From: Bigelowiella natans CCMP2755
Lineage: Eukaryota; Protista; Cercozoa
Direction of reading: 5' to 3'
DNA: 64,000 nt
Assembly (NCBI GenBank): GCA_000320545.1
Contig: ADNK01000778.1
Span: forward strand, 67,578-131,577
This document shows positions 50,379 through 62,855 of this stretch, in pieces. The notes under the pieces were generated by a model, which had not been told where the DNA came from, did not search any database, and saw nothing but the letters and a program-made list of their open reading frames with translations. Within the stretch, counting starts at the first letter, position 1; each line of letters starts with the position of its first letter. The position numbers were made by a program, and so were the translations under genes.

Positions 50379-51519
50379 CTGAATGGGTGCTCCTTGACAT
50401 CGGGAGCCTTCTCTATTTCGATGATCTCGCATGGGTACCTTGGCCACAAAATTATTGTTCAGTCCGCTCATTCTCCTGCGCACAGCACAATACTCCCACC
50501 ACCGCAACCACCACCTCACCCTCACTGCGTGCGTGCATATGCAGAGCGAAATATTACCAAATCTTGTCAACTTGGAATTGCCCAAAGCAGATTGTTCCCA
50601 GCTCCAGCATCTCAGACAATGGCGGTTCTTTTCGTTTTTCCCCTTGATGGTAGGCGGTGGACACAACTTGGCCATCCTTCATAGTCACACGGTGATAATC
50701 ACCACTTTGTTCGGTGGGAACGCCATCCTCCCACGCGCGCCGAGTGCTGGTAGTAAGGATCACAGTGCCGTCTCGCTTTGCCATGGCCTTTCTATATGCT
50801 ACCATCTGAACATCAAAAGAAAGAGGAGAGGGGGTGGGTAGCGTGGAGTCTTAGACCGTTTGATATCTATACGTCATGCACAACAAAGCGACGACGCAAT
50901 GTTGTCATTCAGGGCTTTAAAAAAACGTGAAGAGCCGCAAATGAATACCTCCAGCTTTGTCATGATTCCCATGCGAGTGTGCTCTTCTTCGTTTCCGTAC
51001 TTCGGATAACGAACGAGGTAGCTGGTTATTTTGATCGGAGCACACCCAAGTTAATGACCAATTGATGCGAAAACATAAGTAATATATAATTGGGTTGGAT
51101 CATATTTACAGCTACGGCCCATAATTCTCGAAACATAGTTAAGTTTTGAACGAAATTACAGTTAGCACACGCCCCCAGTTTGTGTGATGCAAGCTGTGCG
51201 CAACGTAAAGCGAACATTATGGTACCTAAAGCCGCCGTCTTTATTAGAGGCTGGTTCAGCATGAACGACCACAGCCTCATACCATTGCCCGTTTCCCGAA
51301 TACTTAGCAAAGCATTGAGTTCCCGGACGAATGAAACTCTGCCGACATCAGATTACGATGAGCGTTATTACACATTATATGATTGGGAAGGACACGAGTA
51401 TAAAATACCAAATTGCTCAACGAATATAGCTCGCATACGCGCCTTCGTACCTTAGAGCGCTTAATTTTTGGTTCCTCGGGCTGAAGATTCCCCCCCAAGG
51501 GTCGCTTCGTGCTGGCCAT
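46787..51519 (-). CDS. PP2C/PPM protein phosphatase with two N-terminal SMN-type Tudor domains, multi-exon
   Basis: PP2C motifs RNQD, FGVLDGHG, SGTT, TANVGDSRAVL, LSRDHKP, GLAVTRTVGD, VWASDGIWE and DDITCVV. Tudor 1: PGTQCFAKYSGNGQWYEAVV..YLVRYPKYGNEEE. Tudor 2: GTICFGQFQVDKIWYPCEI..YLVKYSGYGNEEK. Confidence 0.88.
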
Positions 51520-52045
51520 CTCTCACGCACAGTTCTGCTCGCTGTCAAAGCTTAGGAATTCCGAATTTCAGATAAATTATTTTAGATATTATCACAATAA
51601 AAACATGGTTCTTCGACGAAGTACGGCCCACACAAAATTCGCTTTCCGACCGAAGGAATCTTGAAGCCAAACGATGTAGATAAGCGAGAAACATCTATCG
51701 AAAGATTGTCTGACTAGGGTGTCCTACGACAACAAGTCGCGACAGGCAAATCTGGAATGTCGGAAGATAAAAATCACCAGAAGCCCGCATAATTTGTTGC
51801 AGATTGTTCCACGAGCTTTTTCCCCTTCGTCATCTTGCACTAGAGTACCTATTCTTACGATGTATTTGGCTGTTACATGTAGTTTCAGACTGCTTCTAAG
51901 GAAAGAGGCGATCATAAAATAGAATCCGACTTACATGAAAACATTATTTTTGATACGTAAATATCGTAATATAAGTGTCTAATTTACAACATCTGCACTC
52001 TCTGTCATCAAAGAGAAGCAGCGCAAATAATACGCCCCCCTCTCC

Positions 52046-52555
52046 ATGGGGATCTTCTTCAGCACAGTGTGGAAGTCTATCTTCTCATCCTCCAAAAAGT
52101 AGTATTCTTTCTAGGGTAGGATAGATAAATAGGGGAGAGGTGCAACCTGAAACGAATCTAATGGCCTTCGCGACCGGCTACGTCGTTTGATCGAGATGAT
52201 TAGACGTGAGCGCTCAGCCGAGCACCATTGGATAATGATTTTTTGTTGGACTTATGTCGAAGGAAGGGGTGCTCTTCGAAACCATAACTCTTCTTGGGAG
52301 CTGCTAAAGACTCTCGATAATCATCTTATCCCTGAATCTAAAAAAATGATTTAGTGCGGCGATTCGATGATGTTTTTGTTCTCTTTATCAGATACAAGAT
52401 CTGCATGCTGGGGCTCGACAACGCTGGGAAAACTACGATCCTTTTCAAATTGTAATATTTACTGAATTGAAGATATACGATGCCTATGAAGTACACTACG
52501 TACAATTATGTGTCCTTGCTGTAAGGAAACATTCCATAAGAGCGTGAGTGTGTAT

Positions 52556-52594
<39 letters not shown>

Positions 52595-52858
52595 CTCAAC
52601 GCATTGTTGCCATCTTCGTTTCCATAAGGCATCTAGGAGATGTCGTAGAAACACAACCAACAATTGGCAGTAACGTAGAAGAGATAAAGGTACTTTACAT
52701 TACTCGACTGATTGGACACAAACGACCTACAACTGACTGGATGCGTACATGGGTGCATGCATGCATCATCACGTTACTATAGACAAGATTTATTCCTTGG
52801 GACAACGTTTTCTTTTTTGTAGCATTAAGATGAAATTGTTCCTATTGTACGTGTAAAC

Positions 52859-52907
<49 letters not shown>

Positions 52908-54187
52908 GTGTGTGTGTGTGTGTAAAGGTGAAAAACTTGCGGTTCGTGTGCTGGGACCTAGGAGGGCAAACAGCCTTAAGGAAAAACTGGGGAGACTACT
53001 TTACAAACACATCGGTCAGTATTCGTTCCCCAGCAGTAGATCTGGAGGGTGGGGGACTTAATAAACCTTCCTGCAAAAATATCATTCGACGACTCTGGTG
53101 CTGTGGCGCATGATGCTGATATTGACTATCTATCTGCTCTCTCAGGCTGTATTGATGGTCATAGATAGCAGTGATCGGAAGCGAATAGATGAGGTGGGAT
53201 CATGACGATAGCTTGGCGGCATCTGCCTCTGTTGTGTCTGCATCGCTCTCCCCTTTCACTTCCATCCTCCTCCTCCACAATACCTTACTGTCCCCCTTTC
53301 TTCTCCACCTCAGGTGAAGAAGGAGTTCTATAGAGTACTAGCCGATCCGGTAATGAGTAAGAGAGAATAGGAGCGAATGCATTACAAATGAAGTAGCATA
53401 GGGAGCAGAAGGCGGAGAAGAAAGAAGAATGTTAGTGATAAGATTAAACACTGGTTTGGTGTCCAAATTTTCTCCTCTGATTACATTGTTATGGATGCGT
53501 GTTTGGAGTTTCGTTCATGGTTTCCCTAAACTTGGGTGATTTAATCGCTGAATGACGGTACATATGTTGTTATATCTTCGTCCTCAGAACCTTAAGAACG
53601 CCTGCTTCCTCGTTCTGGCGAACAAACAAGGTAATCATCCACCATAAGCCAATATTTTCTTTGTGATGAAATATTCAGTTTGCAATACTGTAAACGTGTG
53701 TGTGTGTGTGTGTGTGTTGTGATGACGAAGAATTGCTGTTGTTTATCTTCTACAAGATTGTTCGAACAAGATGGAGGCCGCGGAGATAGCCCAGAAACTG
53801 AATTTAATGGCTTTAAAATCGCACAGTTGGCACATACAGGTAGTTGGTAGTAAGGACTGTTACATTTTTGCCGAACATGCGAGCGACAATCTCTTAAATT
53901 TTGTGATCCTCGTCGAACATCTGCATATTTTCTATTCTAATTATCTTCAAGGCGACTTGCGCTCTCACTGGGAAAGGCTTGACGGAGGTGGTCAAACTAG
54001 AGAAAAATATGTCGATTTTTTGACGCGACCGTCGTATTTTTGCCTTCAATTTTGATTGCAAGCCGAATTTGGCATTGGTGTTCGTTTATGTTTTTGGGCC
54101 ATGTTTATCCTTAATAATCTCATTCTCATCATCATTCACAAGGGAATGGATTGGGTCAGTCACCAGATAACAAAGAGCAAATCGTAG
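52046..54187 (+). CDS. ARL5: ADP-ribosylation factor-like GTPase, ARL5 subfamily, 10 exons
   Basis: Spliced sequence MGIFFS..GLDNAGKTTIL..PTIGSNVEE..WDLGGQ..VIDSSD..LANKQD..WHIQATCALTGKGL..GMDW. PTIGSNVEE is typical of ARL5. Confidence 0.9.
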
Positions 54188-54319
54188 CAGAATCAATCAG
54201 AGCGACACCGTCCAGAAATCTAGGTGCACCAACTTGCGTGTGAATCTCGATAGAAAACTACAGGAATAAGTACCGCTCTAAATTATTCGGTTGGCCTAGT
54301 ATCGTAGCAGAACTCTAGA

Positions 54320-55090
54320 AATCTCCGCACTACACAATGCAGCGTGCAATGCATGTGACACGTACAATGTCGTACGTGTCATCATAAGATTCACAATTCT
54401 CTCAATAAGTTACCAATAATTTGTACTTGTGTAAAGTCCAAATTTTTTCTGTGCGTAGGAAGAATTGGCCAATGTTTATTAGCTTGTTCAAGAGTTTATG
54501 CTGCATAGTTTTGGTTTGTAATGTTGCAATGCGCTAAATTCATTCACTCGCCTCTACCTGGTATGCATGTGTTTCGCAGTTTATTGATCGCGTTCACTTT
54601 AACACTATAGCTAAAATGTGGCGCGACTCTTCCATCCGCTGGGGTGAGTTAGCGATCGAGGGGAGAAAATAGAGAGTCACAGCAAAACTTATGAGCTTCT
54701 CTAGTGCGTGTTCGTAGAAGTTGTTATATTGTGTCATTAGATGTTAGATGCAACTATTAGCAAACATAATCTTCTCACGTTTGCGCTGTAGTCGCTGTTC
54801 TGCATAGCTACATATTAATAGCGACGATTGAAACTTCAATCATTAATTACATCCGTCTCGTATGCAGCTACGTACTGGCTGACGTTGATAGCTTGCAAGT
54901 GAACCCATAAGTTTCTGACACACTGACGACCGATACAGCCCATATGATCGCCATGCTGCATGCATCACACGTACGTACGCATAGCGAGATAGGTATTATG
55001 CGCGTCATCTTCTAAATCTTTGACTGCCAACTCGTATATCGCGATCTATAATACGCATGCATACTGCAGCTGCTCGCTGACTTTGCGCTT
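54320..55090. other. RY-alternating spacer between the convergent ARL5 and ROK 3' ends
   Basis: gcgtgcaatgcatgtgacacgtac, gctgcatgcatcacacgtacgtacgc. Confidence 0.6.
54783..54859 (-). repeat. Structured dispersed repeat, copy C (minus strand)
   Basis: Reverse complement reads gagacggatgtaattaat..atgtagctatgcagaacagcgactacagcgc. Confidence 0.65.
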
Positions 55091-55198
55091 GTTACGATGC
55101 TAGGACTGCGCTGCTGAGGGCTTGAAACATGTCCACCACCCGGTCGTGCTTGACTAAAATAATTCACCACAGTGCGGACGCACAGCTGGCTGTACTCT

Positions 55199-57054
55199 TC
55201 AGGACGATAACGTTCTACATCGGGAAGGTTCGACTTTCTTTACATCGGCACCGCCTCCTCCTGTACCAGAAGCGGCCTTGTTCGCTTTTCGGCGAAACTC
55301 CTTCCTTTTGACCCACATGCATATCTCGCCACCCCGCGTCCACCCTCTCGCGAGTGGGTCTTGCCCAGGCGCAAACACCTGCTTGACCTTGAACTGGGTG
55401 CTAAAGACAAGTCCCGCCATGTGCATCAGCTGCTGGCGGTTGTCTTCCTTCGGAATAATGACGGGAACCTGGAGCTTTATCGCGTGATCAGTCGTTTCAT
55501 AACTGGCGCACGAGATCATCCCATGGCAGCGCGTGGCGTTCCCCCCCAGCACGTAGACAACCTCCGGAGGTCCATATATGTCGTGGAATTTTTCCGCCAG
55601 CTTGTTTATGGAGGACTGCAGGCGACGTGTCCAGACCCGCGTGGCATCCTTCATGTCCAGAGGGGGCTGAATCGACTTGTCTAAGTGCGGGTTCCTCCCC
55701 ATGAATCGCAGCCACGTGTTGTTGTCAAGGGCGAATCTGATCCGCGCCTGGCGGTGAGGGATCTTGTGCGCGCTCGGGGGCTTGACCACGATGCGGCCGG
55801 TCTGTTTGTCGGTCTTGATGCCCCCACAATAACCGTACGGGTCGTCGAGCTGAATCTTTGAAAACCACACCCACGATTGCCAGATGCCAGTCTCGATGTA
55901 CTTGTCCTTGCCACTGGGGTCTCGGAAAAACGTCGCTACCGCAGGAGCCGTGCCGAGGACGAGCACGAGGCCGCACTTTACCTTTGGGCTCATGCATGCG
56001 ACTCCAAGGGCTGCGCCCATGTTGTCGGAGAGAGCACTGATTTTGGAGCCGGGGAACGTCGATTCAAACGTCTGAGAGAAGAAGAATAGCAGAGTTAGTT
56101 CAGAGAGCTGGGTTACAGCAGGATCGGAGGAGGAGGAGGGGGTGGGTGGGGGGGGCGAGTTGGGGAAGTAGAGGAAAGGCATCTGCCTTACACAAGATAA
56201 AACATATGTATTATCCTCCTTTCTGCGATGATGGAATGCCGGTGTTTCTCCCACTTCCTCTGTTGTGGTCTATTTATTTCCTACCTACCTTCCTACATTG
56301 ATCTACCTAGAAAGCTGTCATGCATGCATACATGCGTCGATCCCCTCCCTCTCGCTCTCCCCCCTCATACCTTTTGAAAGTCTAGACCCCGGAACCTTCG
56401 GCTGAATGAGGGCATGTTCTTGACAACCTACGTCCGGCAGCATGAGGTCAATAGAGGAGCAGAATTGCAACATTGTATCATATTAGAAAGGACGCCAGCG
56501 ATAAGTGGATGTAATAATAGCCCGTTCTATTCTATTTTGCGTCTTTTTGCCAAGTAATCCTCCGAATTCGTGAAAACGTCTAAGACGAGGAACAGATGAT
56601 ATCTGTTCCGCGGCGACCACTAGATGTGTTGCATGACGAATCCGCCAGTACTCGGGTATCATTGAAAACTTCGTATATATCTTCGATCATTGTTCTATCG
56701 CACTCAATTCATTATTTCTGATCAAGAATTCTTCTTCCTCTTCACAAAAAAATAACCCCCATGATCATCATCATATCTCTTTCTTTTTCTTCATACCGTT
56801 AGTCTATCACGGGAGACTCCAGCAAGTTCCACCGTCCCAGGAACCGAGAAAACCACGCGATGAACCTAAAAATGATCATAAGAGCATCAGTTGGCATTGC
56901 GTTATAATATCACCCTTAGCAAATCAGAAAGTCGTAGCGTAGTAGGTAGCACTGCAGAGTACTCGATTCCGCTACTGAAACACCAATGATCCTATTCTGT
57001 GATGTGGCGTCGTGAAGTATGATGCATTGTCATTCTATGTTTGAAAAATATGAT

Positions 57055-57087
<33 letters not shown>

Positions 57088-58499
57088 ATATTAATTAATA
57101 CCGGGTTATTATTATTATTTATATTATTACCTTGGTACAATCAATCTGATGTCTCTCGAGGTGGGATCGAATACGCTCCGCCACAACCACTGTGTCAAAT
57201 GCCGTGGAAGGGGATATTGACCCACCATTCGCATCCCCACTCTTTTTGTCCTCCCTTAAACACCAGAAGAAACAAATAGCGATAAAGGGCAGAGAGTGAA
57301 AATCAGTACAAGCACAACGTTTATGAACTATGTGAAAGAGAACATTTATGAACTATATGAAAGAGAACATTTATGAACTATATGAAAGAGAATTGGAAGA
57401 CGGAGGAGGGGTTAGGCTGCTACCATAAATCCGAAGAGTTTAGTGCAGGCATCAGCTTCATACTCCCGTCCACTTTTATCTTATCGATGCTGGTGAAGAT
57501 ATCAGACCACTGCCGAGCGACTAGAAACTTCGTTCGAGTTCCTTTAACATCAGCACCACCATTGCAATCAGGCGCATCAGAGAAGAGGAAGAGAAAGAGG
57601 AGAAGTACGTTCAAAGAGGAAAGCAGAGCTATTACCTCCGATGTCGATGGCGACAATATTCTGGGGACTATTCGGGTGTCGCTCCACTACATTAACCTGT
57701 AGTAGGCATTATTCTCACGATTCATTGCAACCACTTTTCTCTGCATCAACATGATTTGAAGTGTTTCTTCCGTGCCGACGACTGTAAACAGATCTAGCCG
57801 CCCACAATTTACCTGAGCTGGGATGTCAGCCTCTGCTGCTATTTCAGTCGCGAAGGAGAGGAGATCCGCGAGCCTGTGCTTGGAGAACTCGTCAAGCTGC
57901 AGGAAAACATATTTTTCATCGTAATTTTCCCGATCTTTGGAACCGCAGGTCATATGGAATAATTGATGGGAGGTGTGGAGGGGAGGGGGGGACGTTACCT
58001 GTGATAGTTCCTCAGAGGAGAGGTATGATAGGGCACCTTGGATTTTGGATCCCACCAAGTAGCGAGTCAGCCAGAGCCGCGACACCGACTTCAATTCCAT
58101 CTGAAGAGTATGTGATGATATTGTTACAAGTAAGAAAGAAGAAAACTTATAGCCAGGGTGAGCAGAAGCTCTCCACATCACACACAACATAAGATCGCAC
58201 ACCGAACACCCAAGAGTCTTTTGTCTCCGTTTTTGCGAAAGAAGAAAATTGTTTAATCTGACCGGAACATCAGCTCCGAGTCTCACAGCCCCGAGAGCTA
58301 GTACGACCCCCATCACAGCCGCAACAACGACACATAAGAGCAATCCAGGGAATTTCAGAGCAAGGCCTGAAATAGCTACTCCGGCGAAAAATGAGACGAT
58401 AGGCGTCATCCTCATCTCTATTTTGTCCCCCCCACGTTGTCCTCTGTCAACACGCGTCGCATCTGTAGTGGTGCGAGTGGGATGGAGCGAATCTGCCAT
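55199..58499 (-). CDS. ROK/glucokinase-like (ASKHA) sugar kinase with N-terminal transmembrane region, multi-exon
   Basis: IVAIDIG|GTRTKF (phosphate-1, split by an intron near 57632-57543), VVFSVPGTVE, KNMPSF..GLDFQKTFE, SALSDNMGAALG, LVLVLGTAPA and VYVLGGN. The hydrophobic N-terminus is IVSFFAGVAISGLAL..LLLCVVVAAVMGVVLALG. The exact 3' end is uncertain. Confidence 0.72.
57320..57392 (+). repeat. 25-bp minisatellite, three copies, intronic
   Basis: tttatgaactat(g/a)tgaaagagaaca repeated head-to-tail with no spacers. Confidence 0.9.
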
Positions 58500-58704
58500 A
58501 TTTCACCTAGAATTTGATGTCGCAACCTGCCATACATAGTCCTTTTCAATTGTATATATTTTTCTTTGCGATCCTCCGCTACGACATCTAATTATATGTT
58601 GTCGCACATTGAATAATTTGTGCTTCGACATTCAAAAATTTGGAATTTGGACCCGACCTCTCCCCTCGAATCGTGGTGCGGTGAAGCGGCTCAGAAAGCA
58701 ATTG
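58500..58704. promoter_or_regulatory. Very short bidirectional promoter region (about 205 bp) between the ROK and Grx-Trx genes
   Basis: Opposed ATGs at 58499 (-) and 58705 (+). Confidence 0.5.
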
Positions 58705-60814
58705 ATGTTGGCAATGGGTTTCCTCAGCCTTTTCACAGTATTCACCCTTGGTGGTACGTTTGGAATAGCGAGAAGAGACTTTTATTCGACAAAAGGCCAT
58801 CATTCCTCTCTGGAAATACAACGCTTCCTGCATCCTGAGCACGCGAACTCGATGAAGGTTGTTTTTTTCCTAATAGACCCTACTTTTAGCTGAGTACGGC
58901 GATAAAGTTATCTGCGTTGTTTATATTATCACCATCACCATCATGATCATGATCATTATCACCAGTCCTCCTCCTCAACAACAACAACAACAATAGCAAC
59001 AACAACAACCATCAGGACTTCGATGAGGCTCTCGATGCAACTGTGAAATCAGACCAGGTTAATCTGGCTGCATGGATTCTTGTTGGCAATTGCATTAGAA
59101 TAGCCTAAAAATTGATTTGTAATACCCATTACAAATCGTAAATCTACTTCATTTCACGAAATAATCATAACCAAGGTCGTGGTTCTCAGCAAGACAAAAT
59201 GCCCATTCAGTGCGGTATTAGCATTCAAATTTTATGGTGGTAGCAGAAGCAGATCTTCAATGTCTTCTTTGCTTGCATGTGTGTAGGAGGCGGTCTCTCT
59301 TTTGAAGGAGTTGAACAATGAGAAGACATTTAACATGTCGGTGTATCAGTTGGACACGACCCGTAAGCGTACCTTATCAATGATAAATTCCAACAATTTT
59401 ACTTTTCTAGCACCAAATTCTCTTTGGTCAAACTTTCCTCCAATGTCAATTCTATCTAGTTCAAACAATCATAATATTTACGTGATGTCTTTCGCGAAGA
59501 AGCTGGGTCAAAATCGATCATTTTTATTTTCCGATATTTGCGACATTATAGATTCGCATATTTGTTTATACATTTGTATATTTTACAGCGGAGATGAGCC
59601 AATTTCAAGATGCTATGAAACGGAGAACAGGAGTGAGGTACCCATAATGGCTCCGCAACAGTTCGTGCTTTTGCGAGGGAAAAAAAAAACATGGTTATTT
59701 CATTCGTTTTCTTGTGTTCGCGCTCTTATCGACAGGTCGGTTCCAGGCATCTTCGTGCGTAGCAAATATATCGGTGGACATGACGACATCTTCAAACTGG
59801 CCAAGTCATAATAAGATATCGAAATAGTATTCGCGAGAGAGACGACAATTGTCAGTATTTTAAGAACCGTTCACATACTGGGAAAGTGTATTTAAATGGG
59901 CTGAGGAAGCTCTTCCCCTCGCCCGCTACTACTGCTACTGCTACTATTACTACTACTACTACTACTACCACCACTACTACTACAAAAATACTGCGTTAAA
60001 ACCGTTTCCCTCTTCTTACAGAGTTTTCCCATTCTTTAACAGTAACCTGTATCATCATCATTCTAATTTTCGCGTCTTCTTCTACTATATTTATGCTTCT
60101 ATCTTCTTCCTTCGCAAGGTCCGGGGAGCTGCAAAAAAAGCTCCAAGTCGTCAAAGCAGCCGTCGATCTAGGAAAATACCCCCTCAATCCAAGGTGAGTA
60201 TAGTACTAGCAGCAGCAGCAGCAGTAGAAGTAGTAGTAGTAGTAATAGTAGTAACGATAGCGTAACATGCAGCAGTGACGACGTATTGATACCCCTCAGT
60301 AATCCCCACTCTTCGTCCTCAAATGCGGCATCGACGATGGTGTCGAAGACAGGTAATTAAACGTGAGCCGCAAAGTTTAGATGGTGCGCGTCCGTAGATC
60401 GTAAATTAGGAGTCGTTTGTAGAAACGTCCCCGCATTCATTCCTTTCAACGAAGGGAGGTCGTGAATTCTACATCTATATTTTGGAAGTAGCTTTGGGAG
60501 AGCTCGTGTGCTGACGACGGTTTCACATGAATCATTGCCTTCCTATGAACTAGTATTCCACCGTATTTTCTGCCTCCTCCTCCCCCTCCCCCCCTCCTCC
60601 TCCCCATCTCATTAATTTCATCATCACCTTATTCTTTTTCAGGGAAGGGGAGCAGTAGAAGTGCAGGATCAATGGGGGCAATTACCCTGGATTCTTCCAA
60701 TTTTGATCAGGTGAGGAGCAAATGATCGATTGTCAATTAAATGGCGACTGCTGCTGATGCTGCCGAAGAATTGATGTCTGATATCACAAATATATATTCT
60801 GAATATACTTGTAC

Positions 60815-60847
<33 letters not shown>

Positions 60848-61997
60848 TGCGATTGCACTTAGTACCTTGCGACGAAGGACGCAGTATTGGTTGATTTTTA
60901 CAAGGAAGGCTGCCATTCGTGTGAGCATCTTGCGCCTGGTAGATCAACACAACCTTCTTTTGATGATGATTCACCACGGTGCATTGTAATGGCAGTTTAC
61001 AACAACAAGAAACAGCAGGAAACCCCCCTCATGTGCCAATTAGTCCTTGTGTGCTCATCCGCCCTGCTATGAATACACCCTGCTTTCTGAACTGCCTGGC
61101 TGCCTTTATCCTTTCCTTCTTCTCATCATAATAACGCTATCATCGTCACCATCATTAGCCGTTGATGCAGCTGCTCAGATGGTGAGCGACAACCCCAAAG
61201 TCGCCATTGTGAAGGTAGAGCAGCACGGACACGTAAACTATTATAGCGCTGTCAAAAGACATGCATGCAGCAAATCCATAAAGAGGTGAGAGGTGAATGT
61301 TCCCTTCATCATCTGATGATACGGTTTTTTTTTTATCAGGTGGATGGCACCGGGAGAATAGGAGAGCGATACGCGAGTTTGGTAGAGTTCTTCCCCACTC
61401 TGGTCATGTTTCGCCAAGGGATGCAGGTGGTTTGCCTTGTCGCCCGTTTGTTTCTCCATCCTCTACTTGTTGCCCAGCAGCGGCGATCAGAGAGAAAGAA
61501 TTTTCACTTTTTTCAAAAGCGACCCATCACGACAAAATCCGCATGTTTTTGTTGCCTTGGTGGGTGTTCTTGTGGTTGCTTGGAGATTTGTGACCCCTAC
61601 GGAGCATACGAAAACAATGTATAGCATAATCTTGAAATCAGATCATCCGAAATTTAAGGCAGAACTGTGTGTAGTTGTGTAACTCCGCTTTACTAGTGTT
61701 ATTATGAATTTAAAATGCGGATGATGAAATCGGTTGTTTTGAACGCCATTCCGACTGTTCACGCTATCTGCACGTACGTTCTTAATCGTGACGTGATGGT
61801 GGTGATTTCCTTCTTTCCTGCTGCTTCATTAGCCGCAAACGTACGAAGATGCTAAGAACGCACAGGTAGCATAGCATTTTGGTTAATTGTTTGGCATTCA
61901 ATTGTATGCATGTCTTTGATGAGTCGCAGTGATGTTATTGTGTGGATCCTTGCACTTTTTCCAGAGCATGGCCAAATCTGTTCTTTCGCAGCAATAG
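58705..61997 (+). CDS. Signal-bearing monothiol glutaredoxin (CPFS) fused to a PDI-like thioredoxin domain (CHSC), multi-exon
   Basis: Grx: VVVLSKTKCPFSA, TGVRSVPGIFVRSKYIGGHDD. Trx: ITLDSSNFDQ-YLATKDAVLVDFYKEGCHSCEHLAP..IVKVDG..FFPTLVMFRQG. All exon phases are consistent. Confidence 0.85.
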
Positions 61998-62139
61998 CCG
62001 TAGTTTGTTTTGGCATGGTGGAATGAGTAGACGACGTACCAAGATTGTGAGCACGATGGTGAGACTCTTCACGACACTGTCATACAAAATGTACAGAAGG
62101 GTAGTGGTTGATAAGTAATGTTTATTGTGTATCTTCTTG

Positions 62140-62850
62140 ACAGTGCGTACATGAGACGGATGTGATGATGTGATTAAATCTTTTTAATAGTCATCCTGAT
62201 GTAGCCATGCAAAGCAGCGGCTACAGCGTCCATGCGTTGCATGTGCAATGCATGCAGAAGCTTGCCGGTGACATTTGTGCATTGACTTCACTCGAATGAA
62301 CGATCACACACAAAGCAGGGTGTGCCTTGTCCTAGCTAGCGCCGTTGACAAGTTGGAGGCACACAATCAAATAGCCATCATGGCAATATTCAATAATGCA
62401 TGTGCATGCAACATGCGCAGTCTTATTCTGTGCACAATGTCTCAAATGCAAACACTGCAACGCCATGCTGCATTAGCTAGTTAGTTGTCAGCAGGCGGAG
62501 GCGCTGCACTTGTTTGTTGCTTACTGCATGTGCAAATGCTGAGGAGCAGCTAGCACGCAGCAAGGCCACACAGCAGCCTGTGCATGTGCTCCAAATGAGG
62601 TGCAGCGCGCTAGGCTGGACACGTCGCACATGCAAGCATGCACAGATATCTAAGAAGTGATATGCACACACACACACACACACACACACGACGCAGGTGT
62701 TTATGTTGCTGCACTTTGTGGTCATGCCCGCGCTACATGCACATTATGTACAGTCTGTTTTGCTCACATTGCAATGCCATGCTAATCGATTGGTAGAAAA
62801 CAATCTGGACTAGTCCCTGATTATCACCATGCATCACTAGCAATGCACAT
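62140..62850. other. RY-alternating spacer between convergent 3' ends
   Basis: gcatgtgcaatgcatgca, ctagctagc and gcacatgcaagcatgcac words. Confidence 0.7.
62151..62234 (+). repeat. Structured dispersed repeat, copy D
   Basis: atgagacggatg..agtcatcctga-tgtagccatgcaaagcagcggctacagcgtccat. Confidence 0.75.
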
Positions 62851-62855
62851 CTTGG

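Noticed and set aside
57320-57392. CRISPR-like 25-bp repeats
   Set aside because: Head-to-tail copies without spacers inside a eukaryotic intron, and no cas genes.
62151-62234. Hammerhead ribozyme reading of the structured repeat (CATCC-TGATG followed by a hairpin)
   Set aside because: The core would need CUGANGA, GAAA and NUH. The sequence has CUGAUGU, ACAG and GAC, and the other copies lack CUGA.
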